A stretch of DNA of 64,000 bases from an uncultured Lentisphaerota bacterium (GCA_903921725.1 CAIXRA010000003.1:39428-103427), one strand, 5' to 3'; shown: positions 14,781-25,948, counted from the first letter of the stretch. Program-made: numbers and translations. Notes: a model not told the origin generated them from the letters alone.

Positions 14781-16211
14781 ATGGCCAAGCCAACCGGATT
14801 TCTTGAGTACCCGCGGCAGGACGCTCCGAAGCGGCCGGTGGCCGAGCGCATCCAGGACTTCAAGGCGGTCGAGCAGCCGCTGCCGGAGGCGGCGCTGGAG
14901 ACGCAGGCCGCGCGCTGCATGGACTGCGGCATCCCGTTCTGCCACATGATGGGCTGCCCGCTGAAGAACCTGATCCCCGAGTGGAACGACCTGGTGTACC
15001 GCCGGCAGTGGCGCGAGGCGCTGGAGCTCCTGCACGGCACGAACAACTTCCCGGAAATCACCGGCCGCATCTGTCCGGCCCCGTGCGAGGCCGCCTGCAC
15101 GCTCGGCGCGAATGACAAGCCGGTGACGATCCGCCAGATCGAGCTGGCGCTCGTCGAGCGCGGCTGGGCCGAGGGCTGGATCACGCCGAAGCCGGCGGCG
15201 GCGGTGAGCGGGAAGCGCGTCGCCATCGTCGGCTCCGGCCCCGCCGGCCTCGCCGCGGCGCAGCAGCTCGCCCGCGCCGGGCACCGCGTCCGCGTGTACG
15301 AGACGGACGACCGCATCGGCGGCGTGCTCCGCTACGGCATCCCCGACTTCAAGCTTGAAAAAGGAGTGCTCGACCGCCGCATCCGGCAGATGGAGCAGGA
15401 AGGGGTCGCCTTCGAGACCCGCGTGCGCATCGGCGAGGACATCGCCACGCCGTACCTGCGCCGCGCCTACGACGCCGTGCTGTTCACCGGCGGCGCGCGG
15501 GTTCCGCGCGACATGCAGGCGCCGGGCCGCGAGCTGGCCGGCGTCCATTTTGCCATGGAGTTCCTCACGCAGCAGAACCGCCTCGTCGCCGGCGATGTGA
15601 TTGCGGCGGATGCGCTCATCTCCGCCAAGGGCCGGCGCGTGCTGGTGATCGGCGGCGGCGACACCGGCGCGGACTGCGTCGGCACCTCCGTGCGCCAGGG
15701 CGCGGCCGGCATCCTGCAGGTTGAAATCCTGCCCCGGCCGCCCGAGAAGCGCGACCCGGCGACGCCGTGGCCGCTCTGGCCGAACATGCTGCGCACCTCC
15801 AGTTCGCACGAGGAGGGGGGCGAGCGCCGCTGGAGCGTCCAGACCCGGGAATTCCTCGGCAAGAACGGCAGGCTGTGCGGCGTCCGCGCCGTCGAGGTCG
15901 AGTGGAAGAAGGACGGCAAGGGCCGCTTCATGCCGACCGAGAAGGCGGGCTCCGAATTCGAGATCCCGTGCGACCTGGCGCTGCTGGCGATGGGGTTCAC
16001 GAAGGAGGGCAACGCCGCGCTCCTGAACCGCTTCGGCATTGAGACCACGCCTGCCTGCGACCCCGTGCTTGACGCCAACGGCATGACGAACCTGCCGGGC
16101 TTCTTCGTCGCCGGCGACCTCTCAAAGGGCGCCTCGCTCGTCGTCCGAGCCATCCAGGACGGCCGCACCGCCGCCGCGAACGTCAACCGCTGGCTGGCGG
16201 AAAAGAAGTGA
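14781..16211 (+). CDS. gltD: glutamate synthase small subunit (NADPH)
   Basis: MAKPTGFLEY start, Fe-S Cys motifs (CMDCGIPFC, CPAPCEAAC) and dinucleotide fold VAIVGSGPAGLAAAQQLARAGH. Confidence 0.95.
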   Translation: MAKPTGFLEYPRQDAPKRPVAERIQDFKAVEQPLPEAALETQAARCMDCGIPFCHMMGCPLKNLIPEWNDLVYRRQWREALELLHGTNNFPEITGRICPAPCEAACTLGANDKPVTIRQIELALVERGWAEGWITPKPAAAVSGKRVAIVGSGPAGLAAAQQLARAGHRVRVYETDDRIGGVLRYGIPDFKLEKGVLDRRIRQMEQEGVAFETRVRIGEDIATPYLRRAYDAVLFTGGARVPRDMQAPGRELAGVHFAMEFLTQQNRLVAGDVIAADALISAKGRRVLVIGGGDTGADCVGTSVRQGAAGILQVEILPRPPEKRDPATPWPLWPNMLRTSSSHEEGGERRWSVQTREFLGKNGRLCGVRAVEVEWKKDGKGRFMPTEKAGSEFEIPCDLALLAMGFTKEGNAALLNRFGIETTPACDPVLDANGMTNLPGFFVAGDLSKGASLVVRAIQDGRTAAANVNRWLAEKK

Positions 16212-16265
16212 AGGGCGGCGGCGGTCTCCACGCCTCTGTTGGGACAGGCATCCGCAGGGGTGCGC

Positions 16266-17210
16266 TTACGTCGTCTCGTGCGGGAAGGCGACGACCTCCG
16301 CGATGGACGCGGCGCCGGTGATTGTCATCAGCAGGCGGTCGACGCCGAGGGCGATGCCGCCCGACGGGGGCATGCCGGACTCCAGCGCCTCCATGAAGTT
16401 GCGGTCCATCGGATAGACGATCCGCCCGTCGCGGCGGCGGATATCCGCGGACTCCGCAAAGCGGCGGGCCTGTTCGGCGGGGTCGGTCAGTTCGCTGTAG
16501 GCGTTGGCGATTTCCAGCCCGCCGATGTAGAGCTCCCAGCGTTCCGCGCGGTCGGGGTGTTCCGGGCAGCGGCGCGCCAGCCCTCCGAACGGCAGCGGGT
16601 AATTGCGGAGCACGCACGGGCGCTCCAGGCCGAGGCGTGGCTCGATCTTGGCGACGATGTCGTGCTCGAACTCGCCGGCGGCCATGGCCTCCTCCGGCGT
16701 GCGGCCCGCGAACGCAGCAAAGGCCGCGTCCACCGTCAGCTCCTCCCACGGCGCCTCCACGTTCACCGCGTGTCCGGCGTAGTGGCAGAAGCGTTCGCCG
16801 GTGACCGCGCGGCAGGCGTCGCGGACGAGTTCGACGGTATCCTTCAGGATGGCATCGCAGCCGCTGTCGGCGCGGTACCATTCGAGCATGCAGAATTCCG
16901 GCTGGTGGCGGACGCCGCACTCGCCCTGGCGGAAGCACGGGCCGAGCTGGAAGAGGCGCGGGTAGCCGGCGGCCAGCATCCGTTTCATGTGCAGTTCGGG
17001 CGAGGTGCGCAGGAACCAGCCGCCGGCGGGTTCGGCGTCGATGTAGTCCTCGATGGCCGGTGCGGGGATGCGCAGCGGGGTTTCGACCTCAAGGAACTCC
17101 CGCTCCTCGAAGAAGCGCCGGATGGACCGCACCATCCGTTGCCGCGCCTCAAGCGCCGGGCGCGCGGCCCGAAGGCGGTCAAGGTCGGGGTTGGCGGCGG
17201 GCTGTTTCAT
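16266..17210 (-). CDS. epmA: EF-P--(R)-beta-lysine ligase (GenX/PoxA)
   Basis: Truncated class II LysRS-like core: [39 protein letters not shown]. It lies directly downstream of efp. Track start 17228 is TTG; ATG is at 17210. Confidence 0.85.
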   Translation of the reverse strand: MKQPAANPDLDRLRAARPALEARQRMVRSIRRFFEEREFLEVETPLRIPAPAIEDYIDAEPAGGWFLRTSPELHMKRMLAAGYPRLFQLGPCFRQGECGVRHQPEFCMLEWYRADSGCDAILKDTVELVRDACRAVTGERFCHYAGHAVNVEAPWEELTVDAAFAAFAGRTPEEAMAAGEFEHDIVAKIEPRLGLERPCVLRNYPLPFGGLARRCPEHPDRAERWELYIGGLEIANAYSELTDPAEQARRFAESADIRRRDGRIVYPMDRNFMEALESGMPPSGGIALGVDRLLMTITGAASIAEVVAFPHETT

Positions 17211-17225
17211 GGCGGGAATGTAGCA

Positions 17226-17266
17226 CAAAAAAACGGGGACGGGCTCCGTGCGGAACCTGTCCCCGT
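17226..17266 (-). terminator. hairpin plus U-tract between efp and epmA
   Basis: Minus strand reads AACGGGGAC-loop-GTCCCCGTTTTTTT, with an 8-bp stem and a T7 run. Confidence 0.55.
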
Positions 17267-17302
17267 TGTTCGGACATCTCGCGGCCCCTGCGGGCGCGGG
17301 TC

Positions 17303-17878
17303 TTACTTCCTGTTCAGGATGCGTTCGTTGTAGGAGCCGGTGCGGGTGTCGATCTTCACCCAGTCGCCCTGGTTCACGAACAGCGGCACCATGATCTCGT
17401 AGCCGTTGTCGATCTTGGCGGGCTTGAGCGTGTTGTTGGCGGTGTCGCCGCGGACGCCGGGCTCGGTGTGCGTGATCTGCTTCTCGATGAAGATCGGCAG
17501 GGTGATTTCGATCGGCTTGTCGTTGTAGAAGAGGATTTCGCAGTCGGCATTCTCGATGAGGAAATATTTCTGGTCGCCGAGCACGGTGGCGGGGACGTGG
17601 TACTCCTCGTAGGTCTCGCTGTCGGAGAAGACGCAGAAATCGCCTTCCGCGTAGCTGTAGTGCACTTCGCGGTTGGAGAGGTTCGGCGTCTCGACGCGGT
17701 CGGCGGAGCGCCAGGTCCGGTCCATGGTGGAGCCGTTGATCATGTTCTTGAGCTTGCAGCGGTAGAGCGCCTGCCCCTTGCCGGGCTTGCAGAAGTCAAA
17801 ATCGCTGACGATGTACGGCATCCCGTCAATCTCAAGCTTTGCGCCCTTGCGCAGATCGGAAACTGGAATCATGCTCAT
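17303..17878 (-). CDS. efp: elongation factor P
   Basis: [37 protein letters not shown] with the conserved KPGKG loop; 191 aa. Confidence 0.95.
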   Translation of the reverse strand: MSMIPVSDLRKGAKLEIDGMPYIVSDFDFCKPGKGQALYRCKLKNMINGSTMDRTWRSADRVETPNLSNREVHYSYAEGDFCVFSDSETYEEYHVPATVLGDQKYFLIENADCEILFYNDKPIEITLPIFIEKQITHTEPGVRGDTANNTLKPAKIDNGYEIMVPLFVNQGDWVKIDTRTGSYNERILNRK

Positions 17879-17985
17879 AGAACAAGACCCTTCTGTGGTT
17901 CCGTCCGGACTGCGGATTCATTCCGTTCCGGCGGACATCCTGTTGACCTGTCAAAACTTCCACACAAAAAACAAAGCCCGATAAT

Positions 17986-18720
17986 TTAAAGTATCCCGCG
18001 CCGAAAACAAGCGGAGAGCCGCCGCCGCACTCCCAACCGGCGAATCTTCGGGGCTGTCGAGGCAGAGTTTTCGCGTAGCTCATCCCATAGGTGCTCGGCG
18101 GGGTTAAGCTCGGGCGAATATGGAGGCAGGCACAGAATTGCCATGTTATCCGGAACTTTCAACATCTCTCCCTTATGGGAACTGGCCCCATCCACAACCA
18201 TCAATATGTAATCCTCTGCATACTTCTTGGAAATCTGCCGGAGAAACAAGTTCATGTTCATGGGGTTCATCTCTTCCGTTACCAACCAATCCACATCCCC
18301 CTCAAAAGGACTCACCGCGCCGTAGATGTAACGAAACTCACGCTCAATCGCCGCTGAAACAACCGGGCGGACTCCCGGTGGCGCCCAAGGCGGAGCGGAT
18401 AACAGGGAGCCAGCCAAAACGCGCCTCGTCCTGGAACATGATTCTCAGGGTACGTCCGGCGATTGCCGCTTCGGCGGCAACCACCTCGACGGCCTCCGGA
18501 AACACTTTTTTTGAACTCTTCTTGCTTCTCGGGATCCCCTTTCGGATGAACTTTATCTGGCACAACTTTTCGCCACCCCGCGCGGTACATGAAATTGTAT
18601 GCCGTCTGAAGACTCATGGGCGTGCCACGCTTCTTCTCAATATGAGCCTTGACCTGTGCGGCACCGACAATCTCCCCCGTTGCCGCACGAGCCTCAAGTT
18701 CCAGACGCCAGCGCCCGCGT
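17986..18720 (-). pseudogene. IS630-family transposase remnant (5'-truncated, spread over three frames)
   Basis: Frame a: RWRLELEARAATGEIVGAAQVKAHIEKKRGTPMSLQTAYNFMYRAGWRKVVP (wHTH). Frame b: GRTLRIMFQDEARFG. Frame c: ILMVVDGASSHKGE...LPPYSPELNPAEHLWDELRE (DDE region). The first HTH is absent. Confidence 0.8.
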
Positions 18721-18871
18721 CGTGATCATGGCGGCGGCGCGCGTATTCAATGGATTGGGTCGGCCAGCCGTCCATGCGCCCCGAAAATCTCCGCATCCCC
18801 GCGGCTTCTCGCGCGCAAAATGTTCGTAGTTGTGATACAATACAAAGGGCGGAGCGCGAGGGCCACCTGAC

Positions 18872-21397
18872 ATGAACCGGGAATCCACGGAAGCGGAGGA
18901 TTCGGAAATGAACGACGGGGCGGACAAGGCGAAGGATCCGGCGGAGGAGCTTCCTCACCCGCAGGCAGGGAAGGACGGCGGCAATGGCGGTGGCGCGGGC
19001 GGCATCGTGCTGGCTGCACACGAGATGCCGGACCGCATCCTGCTGCTGCCGGCGGGGAGCAAGCCGGTGTTTCCGGGGTTGCTGTTCCCGGCCATCCTGA
19101 CGCCGGGGCCGGCGGCGGACGTACTGAAGCTCGCGGCGCGCGAGGTGCCGGGGCGCATCGTCGGGCTTGTTCTCGCCAAGAAGGAACCGGAGGGGGCGCC
19201 CGAGTCCGCCGACGGCGTCCGCAGGCACGACCTCTACAGCATCGGCACGGCGGCGCGAATCCTCAAGCTCCAGGAGACGGAAGGCGGCGCGGTGCAGGCG
19301 CTCTTGCAGGGGGAGAAGCGGTTCCGCATCCTGAAGGCGGCGGAGCGCGACGGGAAGCTCGTGTCGCAGGTGGCGTACCTGGAGGACGTCCACGGCGATC
19401 CGGAGGCGACGCGGGCGCTGGGGCTGGCGATCACCAACGCGATGCGCGACCTGATCAAGCACAACCCGCTCTTCTCGGAGGAGATCAAGATCTTCCTGTC
19501 GCGCGCCGACTGGAACGATCCGGGGCGGCTGGCGGACTTTGCGGTGACGATGACCTCCTCGACGCGCGAGGAGCTGCAGGACGTGCTGGAGTGCCTGGAC
19601 GTGAGGGCGCGCCTGGAGAAGGTCCTGTTCCTGATGCGCAAGGAAGTGGATATCAACGAGTTGAAGGAAAAGATTCAGCACAGCATCGAGGAGACGATTT
19701 CCACTCAGCAACGGGAGTTTTTCCTCCGCGAGCAGCTCAAGGCGATCAAGAAGGAGCTGGGACTGGAGAAGGACGAGAAGGACGAGGAAATCATCCGCTA
19801 TGCGGCGCGGCTGAAGGAGCTGACGCTGCCGAAGGAGGCCGGGGAGCGCGTCGCGGAGGAGATCGAGAAACTGAAAGTGCTGCCGCAGCAGTCGCCGGAG
19901 TACGCCGTCTCGCGCAACTACCTCGACTGGCTTACCGGCGTGCCGTGGGGGATTTATTCAAAAGACCTGCTGGATGTGGCGGCGGCGCGGCGGGTGCTGG
20001 ACCGCGACCATTACGGGCTGGAGGACGTGAAGGCGCGAATCCTGGAGTTCATCGGCGTCGCCAAGCTCCGTGGCTCGGTCGACGGCTCCATCCTCTGCCT
20101 AATCGGGCCGCCGGGCGTCGGAAAGACCTCGCTGGGCAAGGGGATTGCCGAGGCGCTGGGGCGCAAGTTCTTCCGCTTCTCGCTGGGCGGCATGCGCGAC
20201 GAGGCGGAGATCAAGGGGCACCGGCGGACCTACATCGGCGCGCTGCCGGGCAAGGTCATGCAGGCGCTCAAGGTCGCGGGGACCGCAAACCCGGTGGTCA
20301 TGCTTGACGAGATTGACAAGGTCGGCGCCTCCTTCCAGGGCGACCCGGCCTCCGCGCTGCTGGAGGTGCTGGATCCCGAGCAGAACGCGGCGTTCCGAGA
20401 CCATTACCTGGACGTGCCGTTCGACCTCTCCAAGGTGCTGTTCGTCGCCACCGCCAACATGCCGGACACCATCCCGCCCGCGCTGCTCGACCGCATGGAA
20501 ATCATCCGCCTCTCCGGCTACATCATGGACGAGAAGATTGAGATTGCCAAACGGCATATCGTGCCGAAGCTGCTCGCCAAAAGCGGCCTGGAACCGGCGC
20601 AAGTGCGGGTCACGGCGGCGGCACTCCGGCTGCTGGCGGATGGCTACGCCCGCGAGGCCGGTATCCGCGCCATGGAGAAGGCGATCGGCCAGTGCCTACG
20701 CAAGATCGCCGCGGGCCGCGCCGAGGGCACGATCACAAGCCGGGTGGTGCTGACACCCGCCAAGGTCCGCGAACTGCTCGGCAAACCGCGCTTCACCGAC
20801 GACCCGTTGATGAAGCACGGGCGTGCCGGCGTGGTCATGGGGCTGGCCTGGACGCCGCTCGGCGGCGCCACGCTCTACATTGAGGCGATGGCGGTGCCGG
20901 GCGAACGCGGCATGAAGCTCACCGGCCAGCTCGGCGAGGTGATGGTTGAATCCTCGCACATCGCCTATTCCATGGTCACCTCGCAGCCGCGTCTGTTCGG
21001 AGTGCCCAAGGATTTTTTCAAGGACAGGACCATCCACATCCACGTTCCGGCTGGCGCGACGCCCAAGGACGGCCCCTCGGCGGGCATCACCATGGCAACG
21101 GCGCTGCTCTCCTTGGCGCGGCGGCAGAAGATTCCGGCGCATCTGGCCCTGACCGGCGAGCTGACGCTGACCGGGCGCGTGCTGCCGGTGGGCGGAATTA
21201 AGGAGAAAGTCATCGCCGCCAAACGCTCCGGCGTCACGGACATCATCCTGCCGAAGGAGAACCAGAAGGATTTCGAGGAGATTCCCGGCCGTGTTCGCGA
21301 AGGCGTCACTCCGTACTACGTCGAGGAATACCGACAGGTCTTCATGCGGGTCTTCCAGGCGGCCGTTCCGGGCAAGGCGGTGCCGTCCTCCCCGTGA
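18872..21397 (+). CDS. lon: ATP-dependent Lon protease
   Basis: LON N-domain, Walker [21 protein letters not shown] and protease Ser motif [17 protein letters not shown]; 841 aa. Confidence 0.95.
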   Translation: MNRESTEAEDSEMNDGADKAKDPAEELPHPQAGKDGGNGGGAGGIVLAAHEMPDRILLLPAGSKPVFPGLLFPAILTPGPAADVLKLAAREVPGRIVGLVLAKKEPEGAPESADGVRRHDLYSIGTAARILKLQETEGGAVQALLQGEKRFRILKAAERDGKLVSQVAYLEDVHGDPEATRALGLAITNAMRDLIKHNPLFSEEIKIFLSRADWNDPGRLADFAVTMTSSTREELQDVLECLDVRARLEKVLFLMRKEVDINELKEKIQHSIEETISTQQREFFLREQLKAIKKELGLEKDEKDEEIIRYAARLKELTLPKEAGERVAEEIEKLKVLPQQSPEYAVSRNYLDWLTGVPWGIYSKDLLDVAAARRVLDRDHYGLEDVKARILEFIGVAKLRGSVDGSILCLIGPPGVGKTSLGKGIAEALGRKFFRFSLGGMRDEAEIKGHRRTYIGALPGKVMQALKVAGTANPVVMLDEIDKVGASFQGDPASALLEVLDPEQNAAFRDHYLDVPFDLSKVLFVATANMPDTIPPALLDRMEIIRLSGYIMDEKIEIAKRHIVPKLLAKSGLEPAQVRVTAAALRLLADGYAREAGIRAMEKAIGQCLRKIAAGRAEGTITSRVVLTPAKVRELLGKPRFTDDPLMKHGRAGVVMGLAWTPLGGATLYIEAMAVPGERGMKLTGQLGEVMVESSHIAYSMVTSQPRLFGVPKDFFKDRTIHIHVPAGATPKDGPSAGITMATALLSLARRQKIPAHLALTGELTLTGRVLPVGGIKEKVIAAKRSGVTDIILPKENQKDFEEIPGRVREGVTPYYVEEYRQVFMRVFQAAVPGKAVPSSP

Positions 21398-21632
21398 CAG
21401 ATTCCACCGGCATCGAGCGTTGGAGGATGCGGCGGAAATAATCCCGACTTTTTTTGTCGGGAAGCCTTGCTTGATCTTTTCACGGCCTATAGTAGGAACG
21501 GTTATCTTTTCCCCGAAGACGGCTGTTTTTTTCCCGCCCGCGCCTGCCTTAACGGCCGGAGAATGGAGCGGGCGGGGGCAGGGGTCCCGGAAGCACAATT
21601 CCTCAATCGCGAACAGGGTTGGAGTCCGGCAC

Positions 21633-22460
21633 ATGGGTGTTGCCTCAAGCGAAATACTGGACAAGGTCGCCGGCTTGCTGGTCTGCCCGGCCTGCCACGC
21701 CTCCCTGCGGATGGAGACATCGCCCGTGGCCTGCACGGGATGCAGCCGGACCTATGCCATCTCTGACGATGTGATCCAGTTCGCGCCTGGCGAGGCTTGG
21801 CAGCCGCCGGCCACGCAGGAAACCAGCATTCCCTACCAGCGCAAGTTCATGGGGGATGAGGGGGCGGCGCAATACCGCCGTCTCTACGAAGGGACGCTGT
21901 CCAAACGCCTGACCACGCGTCGCGAAAAAAGTATGCTGACCCGGCTTCTCGCCACCCAAGGTCATTGCAGCTCCATTCTTGACATCCCCTGCGGCAACGG
22001 ACGCGTCAGTTCGCCGATTGCCGCCGCCACCGACCTGCTGCTGGAGGCGGACATCGGCCCCGGCCAGGTCATGCTGGGGAGGCAGATGGCCGAATGGAAG
22101 ACGCCGACGGTCTGGATGACGGCTTCCGCCTTCTCGATCCCGCTCCGCGACAACGCCGTGGACGGCACCGTCTGCGTCCGGCTGATGCATCACCTCCCGT
22201 CCATCGAGGAACAGGAACGGCTCGTCGCCGAACTGCTCCGGGTCAGCCGCCGCTTCGTGCTCCTGACCTTCTTCGACAGCCAGTCGCTCAAGCAGATCCT
22301 CAGCCGGCTCTGCGGCCGGAAACAGCGCCGCCACCGGCTGTCGCTGAGGGCGATCGCGAGCCTGGCGGAAATGCACGGCGGCCGGCTTGCCATGACGCCG
22401 CGCCTGTTCCCCATCGGCACCGGCCAGCGCTACGCGCTCCTGGTCAAGAACCAGGCGTGA
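21633..22460 (+). CDS. class I SAM-dependent methyltransferase with N-terminal Trm112-like zinc ribbon
   Basis: CPACHASL...CTGCSRTY zinc ribbon, then ILDIPCGNGR (motif I) and a Methyltransf_11-like core. ATG 21633; the upstream part of ORF 21291..22460 overlaps lon and looks non-coding. Confidence 0.7.
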   Translation: MGVASSEILDKVAGLLVCPACHASLRMETSPVACTGCSRTYAISDDVIQFAPGEAWQPPATQETSIPYQRKFMGDEGAAQYRRLYEGTLSKRLTTRREKSMLTRLLATQGHCSSILDIPCGNGRVSSPIAAATDLLLEADIGPGQVMLGRQMAEWKTPTVWMTASAFSIPLRDNAVDGTVCVRLMHHLPSIEEQERLVAELLRVSRRFVLLTFFDSQSLKQILSRLCGRKQRRHRLSLRAIASLAEMHGGRLAMTPRLFPIGTGQRYALLVKNQA

Positions 22461-22506
22461 TTGAAGCCTCCCTCCGTTTCCGCCGCGGGCCGCGCACGGC
22501 CGGAAT

Positions 22507-23616
22507 TCAGGCTGGACGCGGTGAAACGGAAAGCTTGACGGCGTCCACCTCGATCTCGAAGAGAAGGTCGTCGCGGCAGATGTCGGCGTGGGCGATGGCC
22601 AGCGGGAACGGCGGGATGCCATGCTCCCCGCAATAGTGCGCGTAGATCGCGCGGTCCGCCATGTCGGTGAAGTAGGCGATGCCGCGGGAGACGTCGCCCC
22701 AGTCCATGCCGCGCGAGCGGAGCAGGGCGTCCACGACTTCCATGGTCAGCGCGATCTGGCGGGCGTGGTCGCCGGTGTGCAGCGTCTTCCCGTCCGGCGC
22801 GATGCTGGCCGTGCCGGAGATGATCAGGCTGCGGTGCGTGGGGAACTCCATCTCGACGGCGCGGCTGAAGGAACTCCTGTACTCCTGTGCGGGGCACTGC
22901 AGCGGCGAGGGTACGGACCGGATGCGGACGCCGCCGTGCTTGGGCTGGACGGCCAGCAGGTCGCAGGTCAGGGCCGCACCGGAGGGCGTGCCGGCGCCGA
23001 TGCCGGTGCTGGCGGGGACCATCTTTTCAAACACCCCTTTTTCCGTGAAGAACGCGGTGCGCACCGTGTTGAACTCCTTGTACCATTCCAGCAGCCGGTC
23101 GAGGTAGAACCAGGTGCGGACCGTGTCGGTGAAGAGGAAGCCGTGCTCCTGAAGAGCGTCGTCGAGGATGCCGAAGACCTCGCGGGTCTGCTCTTCCCGC
23201 GACGCATGCGGATCGGAAGGCGTGACGCCGGCGAGGCGGCACCAGCGCGCGTCCCCGTCCTCGTACACAAAGCCCAGCAGATGCCCGTTGCGGGTGACGG
23301 GTGAGACGGCGGTGCCGGAGACGGTGAAGGATTGCATGCAGGAGACTTCGCCGCCGCGGCAGGCGTCGCCCTGGAGCCAGACGACGCACCCTTCCGCGTC
23401 GGGGCACATGCGCCGGAACGCGCCGTAATGGCTGCGCCCCGCAAAGACGAAGCGGGTGAGGGTGCGCGCCTTGCGGGCGGACGCCTCGCGGAGCAGGATG
23501 CGGTTCATCTCCCCGGCATCGCTGTTGCGGGCGGTGATGACATGCTCGGCGCGGGAGGGGAGGGCGAGCGTGAAGACGGCGGCGTCCCCCTCACTTTTTT
23601 CGATTCGGGCCTGCAT
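22507..23616 (-). CDS. RidA/YjgF-fold protein resembling FkbO/Hyg5-family chorismatase (tentative)
   Basis: C-terminal LIISGTASIAPDGKTLHTGDHARQ...L is typical of chorismatase/RidA-like domains as I recall them; about 369 aa fits the two-domain architecture. Confidence 0.5.
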   Translation of the reverse strand: MQARIEKSEGDAAVFTLALPSRAEHVITARNSDAGEMNRILLREASARKARTLTRFVFAGRSHYGAFRRMCPDAEGCVVWLQGDACRGGEVSCMQSFTVSGTAVSPVTRNGHLLGFVYEDGDARWCRLAGVTPSDPHASREEQTREVFGILDDALQEHGFLFTDTVRTWFYLDRLLEWYKEFNTVRTAFFTEKGVFEKMVPASTGIGAGTPSGAALTCDLLAVQPKHGGVRIRSVPSPLQCPAQEYRSSFSRAVEMEFPTHRSLIISGTASIAPDGKTLHTGDHARQIALTMEVVDALLRSRGMDWGDVSRGIAYFTDMADRAIYAHYCGEHGIPPFPLAIAHADICRDDLLFEIEVDAVKLSVSPRPA

Positions 23617-25948
23617 GGGTGCCTTTCGTTGCCGGCGGGGGTTCCGCCGTTTTTTTCGGAGTTTTGGGTGCTTCCACGACCTTGAAGGGGACGGCGGGCA
23701 TCGTGAAAACGAGCTGGCGCGTGATCATCAGTGGTTTCTTCGGTGTTTCCGCTGCCGGCGGCGAGGATGCCGCAGGCTGGGCGGAGGGCGGCTGTGCGGC
23801 CGCTCCCGCTGCCGGCGTGGTGGCGGCGGTGCCGGCAAGGACGGCGGCCTTTTTCGCCTCACGCGCCTCGATCCGCGCGCGTTCCTCCGGCGTCGCCTCA
23901 CGCTCGATCGGCGTCGAGGCGGCGAAGATCAGGTTCGATCTCAGCGCGAGCTCGACCTTGGCTTCCGTGCGCAGGGTGACGGTGCCTGTGTTTTTTCCGG
24001 CCGCAATCCAGCCGTTCCGGAGCGTGACGCCCTTCGGCGGGTTTACCAGATGAAAACGGATCGGACCGCTGAACCCCGGCTGCCGGGCCACGCTGACCGG
24101 GAACGCCGTCTCCTTCCCCGCCGGAAGCGCCAGCAAGCCCGAAGGGGGAATCGCGATCGAGGCGGAGAACAGTGCCGCCGGTTCCCTGAGCACCACAACC
24201 TGTTCCCGGAACGGCATCAGGTGCTGGTAGAGAAACGCCTGCATGAGATCTTCGGCGGGAAGTACCGGGCGGGAAACCGTTTTCCCGTCGATTACGGCCG
24301 TTCCGGCGAGCCGGGGGAAGATGGCGGGGCCGGCGGCGTTCGCCGCGGCGGAGACGGTCATGCGGACTGTGTCCACACCCGCCGGAACCAGCGCGCCGTC
24401 CAAGCGCAGCCCCTCGCCGCCGGCCTGCGAAATCCGGACCTCGCCCTTGAACCCGTCCCGGCGGATGGCGTGGAGGGTCAATTCCACCGAGGCGCCGCGC
24501 GGCACGGCGACCGCCGCCGGGGTCACGCGCAGCTCAAAATCCGGCATGGGCGGGGAGATGCGGAGGCGGTAGGCGTATTCGTCGCCGCCGCGCCCCTGCG
24601 TGTCGTCGAGGCGCACGGTGTAGACACCGTCCGCGGGAAGCGTGACGGCAAGCTCGGAGTCGGCCGGGTGCGTGAGGAAGCCCTCCGCCGGATCCTTGAC
24701 GTCGTCGTTCTCCCCGATTTTGGCGCCGCCGCCGTCCAGAAGCGTGATGCGCGAATCGAGCGGCGATCCGAGGCGCCGGGCCATGACTTCCAGGCAGAGG
24801 CTCTGCCCCTTCACGCCCTGGAAGCGGAAGGAGTCCGTTTCACCCGGCGCGCGGATGCGCCCGTTGATGAGCGCCGGCACCTCCACTTTTTGCCCCTTTT
24901 CCCGGCGCGCGTCCGCCTCGTCCTCCATGAGCTCCGGCAGGTCGTCGGCGGCGAACGGGACGCTGTTCGAGAGCCGGCCGTCCCGCGTCACGGAAACCGG
25001 CTGGACCGGTGCGTCCGAGGCGGGGATGACTGTGGCGGTGGCGTCTGGCAGGTTCCACCCGGCGAGCGTGACGGTGACGGGCTTACCGCCGCGCTGCGCC
25101 CCGAGCGGGAAGATGCCCGTGATGAAGGGAAGTTCACCGGCGCGGATGCGGTACACGAAATCCTCGCGGCCGCGGTAGATCGAATCTCGCACCGCCAGCA
25201 GGTAGTCGCCGTCGGCCGGAACCTCGTAGAACAGCACGGGATCCTGGCGGAAGCGGAAGCTGTCGGAGACGGCGAGCTCCCGCCCCTGCGCGTCCCGCAG
25301 CGAGAGGATTGCCTGGAACCAGCCCGGCACCGCGTCGGCGATGTACGGGATGAGCGCGCGCGCCGAGGCTTCGAAGACCAGGCGCTGCCCCTTTTTGGCG
25401 GAAAAACGGAAGAGATCCTCGTCGCCGGGCATGATCCGCCCGTTGACCGTCACCGGCAGCGCCAGCAGCGGGTTCGGCGTCCGCTTGTCGTTCGGTTCGG
25501 CCTCCAGAACTTCCTTCAGTTGTCCGACCTGGAAGACCAGCTTGTTGGAGACGCCGCCGGGTGCGGCCAGGCAGAAATCGTGCTCTCCGGGCGCGGCGTC
25601 CGGCGCGAGTGTCACCTTCAGCTTCACGAGCTCGTCGAGGACGGTTTGGTTCTTTTTTTTCTGTTTTTTCTTGTCGGGATCCTTTGCGCTTTCCGGCTCC
25701 GCGGCATCGAGAATCTGCACGGAGACGCCCTTGCCGGACAGGATGGCGGCGGTCGCGCCGTACACGTTTTCACCGCCGACCGTCACCTCGACGGAACTGC
25801 CCGCCTGTCCGCCGGCCGGATAGAGGAACGCGATGTGCGGCGGCTTGCGGTCCGCGTTTCCCTGCTGCGCCAGCGCGGCGGCCGCCGGGAACACGCAGGC
25901 CAGCAAGGCGGCGGCGAGGCCCATACGGATGATGGATGGCCGTTTCAT
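23591..25948 (-). CDS. secreted multi-domain protein with pre-peptidase-C-terminal (PPC)-like beta-sandwich repeats
   Basis: Signal peptide MKRPSIIRMGLAAALLACVFPAAAALAQ. Recurring segments of the type GRI.PGE.D.FRF..KGQ.L..EV.ARRLGSPLDS.L.L. Confidence 0.65.
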   Translation of the reverse strand: MKRPSIIRMGLAAALLACVFPAAAALAQQGNADRKPPHIAFLYPAGGQAGSSVEVTVGGENVYGATAAILSGKGVSVQILDAAEPESAKDPDKKKQKKKNQTVLDELVKLKVTLAPDAAPGEHDFCLAAPGGVSNKLVFQVGQLKEVLEAEPNDKRTPNPLLALPVTVNGRIMPGDEDLFRFSAKKGQRLVFEASARALIPYIADAVPGWFQAILSLRDAQGRELAVSDSFRFRQDPVLFYEVPADGDYLLAVRDSIYRGREDFVYRIRAGELPFITGIFPLGAQRGGKPVTVTLAGWNLPDATATVIPASDAPVQPVSVTRDGRLSNSVPFAADDLPELMEDEADARREKGQKVEVPALINGRIRAPGETDSFRFQGVKGQSLCLEVMARRLGSPLDSRITLLDGGGAKIGENDDVKDPAEGFLTHPADSELAVTLPADGVYTVRLDDTQGRGGDEYAYRLRISPPMPDFELRVTPAAVAVPRGASVELTLHAIRRDGFKGEVRISQAGGEGLRLDGALVPAGVDTVRMTVSAAANAAGPAIFPRLAGTAVIDGKTVSRPVLPAEDLMQAFLYQHLMPFREQVVVLREPAALFSASIAIPPSGLLALPAGKETAFPVSVARQPGFSGPIRFHLVNPPKGVTLRNGWIAAGKNTGTVTLRTEAKVELALRSNLIFAASTPIEREATPEERARIEAREAKKAAVLAGTAATTPAAGAAAQPPSAQPAASSPPAAETPKKPLMITRQLVFTMPAVPFKVVEAPKTPKKTAEPPPATKGTHAGPNRKK

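Noticed and set aside
16266-17878. efp-epmA without an adjacent epmB (lysine 2,3-aminomutase), considered as a possible unusual EF-P modification pathway.
   Set aside because: epmB is often encoded elsewhere in the genome, so its absence from this window is not informative.
21533-21577. Inverted repeat CCCGCCCGC ... GCGGGCGGG and the CCCGAC-T7-GTCGGG hairpin (21444-21462) after lon, considered as terminators.
   Set aside because: Neither is followed by a U-tract in the lon direction and the loops are atypical. They are left unannotated.
21291-21632. Upstream extension of the methyltransferase ORF, with similar extensions at 29177..29563 (-), 34183..34389 (-), 34281..34409 (+), 36547..36966 (+), 37925..38131 (+), 39853..39981 (+) and 49753..49899 (-).
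   Set aside because: The extensions overlap neighbouring genes or intergenic DNA and have poor composition. In each case an internal ATG gives a canonical N-terminus (signal peptide or conserved family start).
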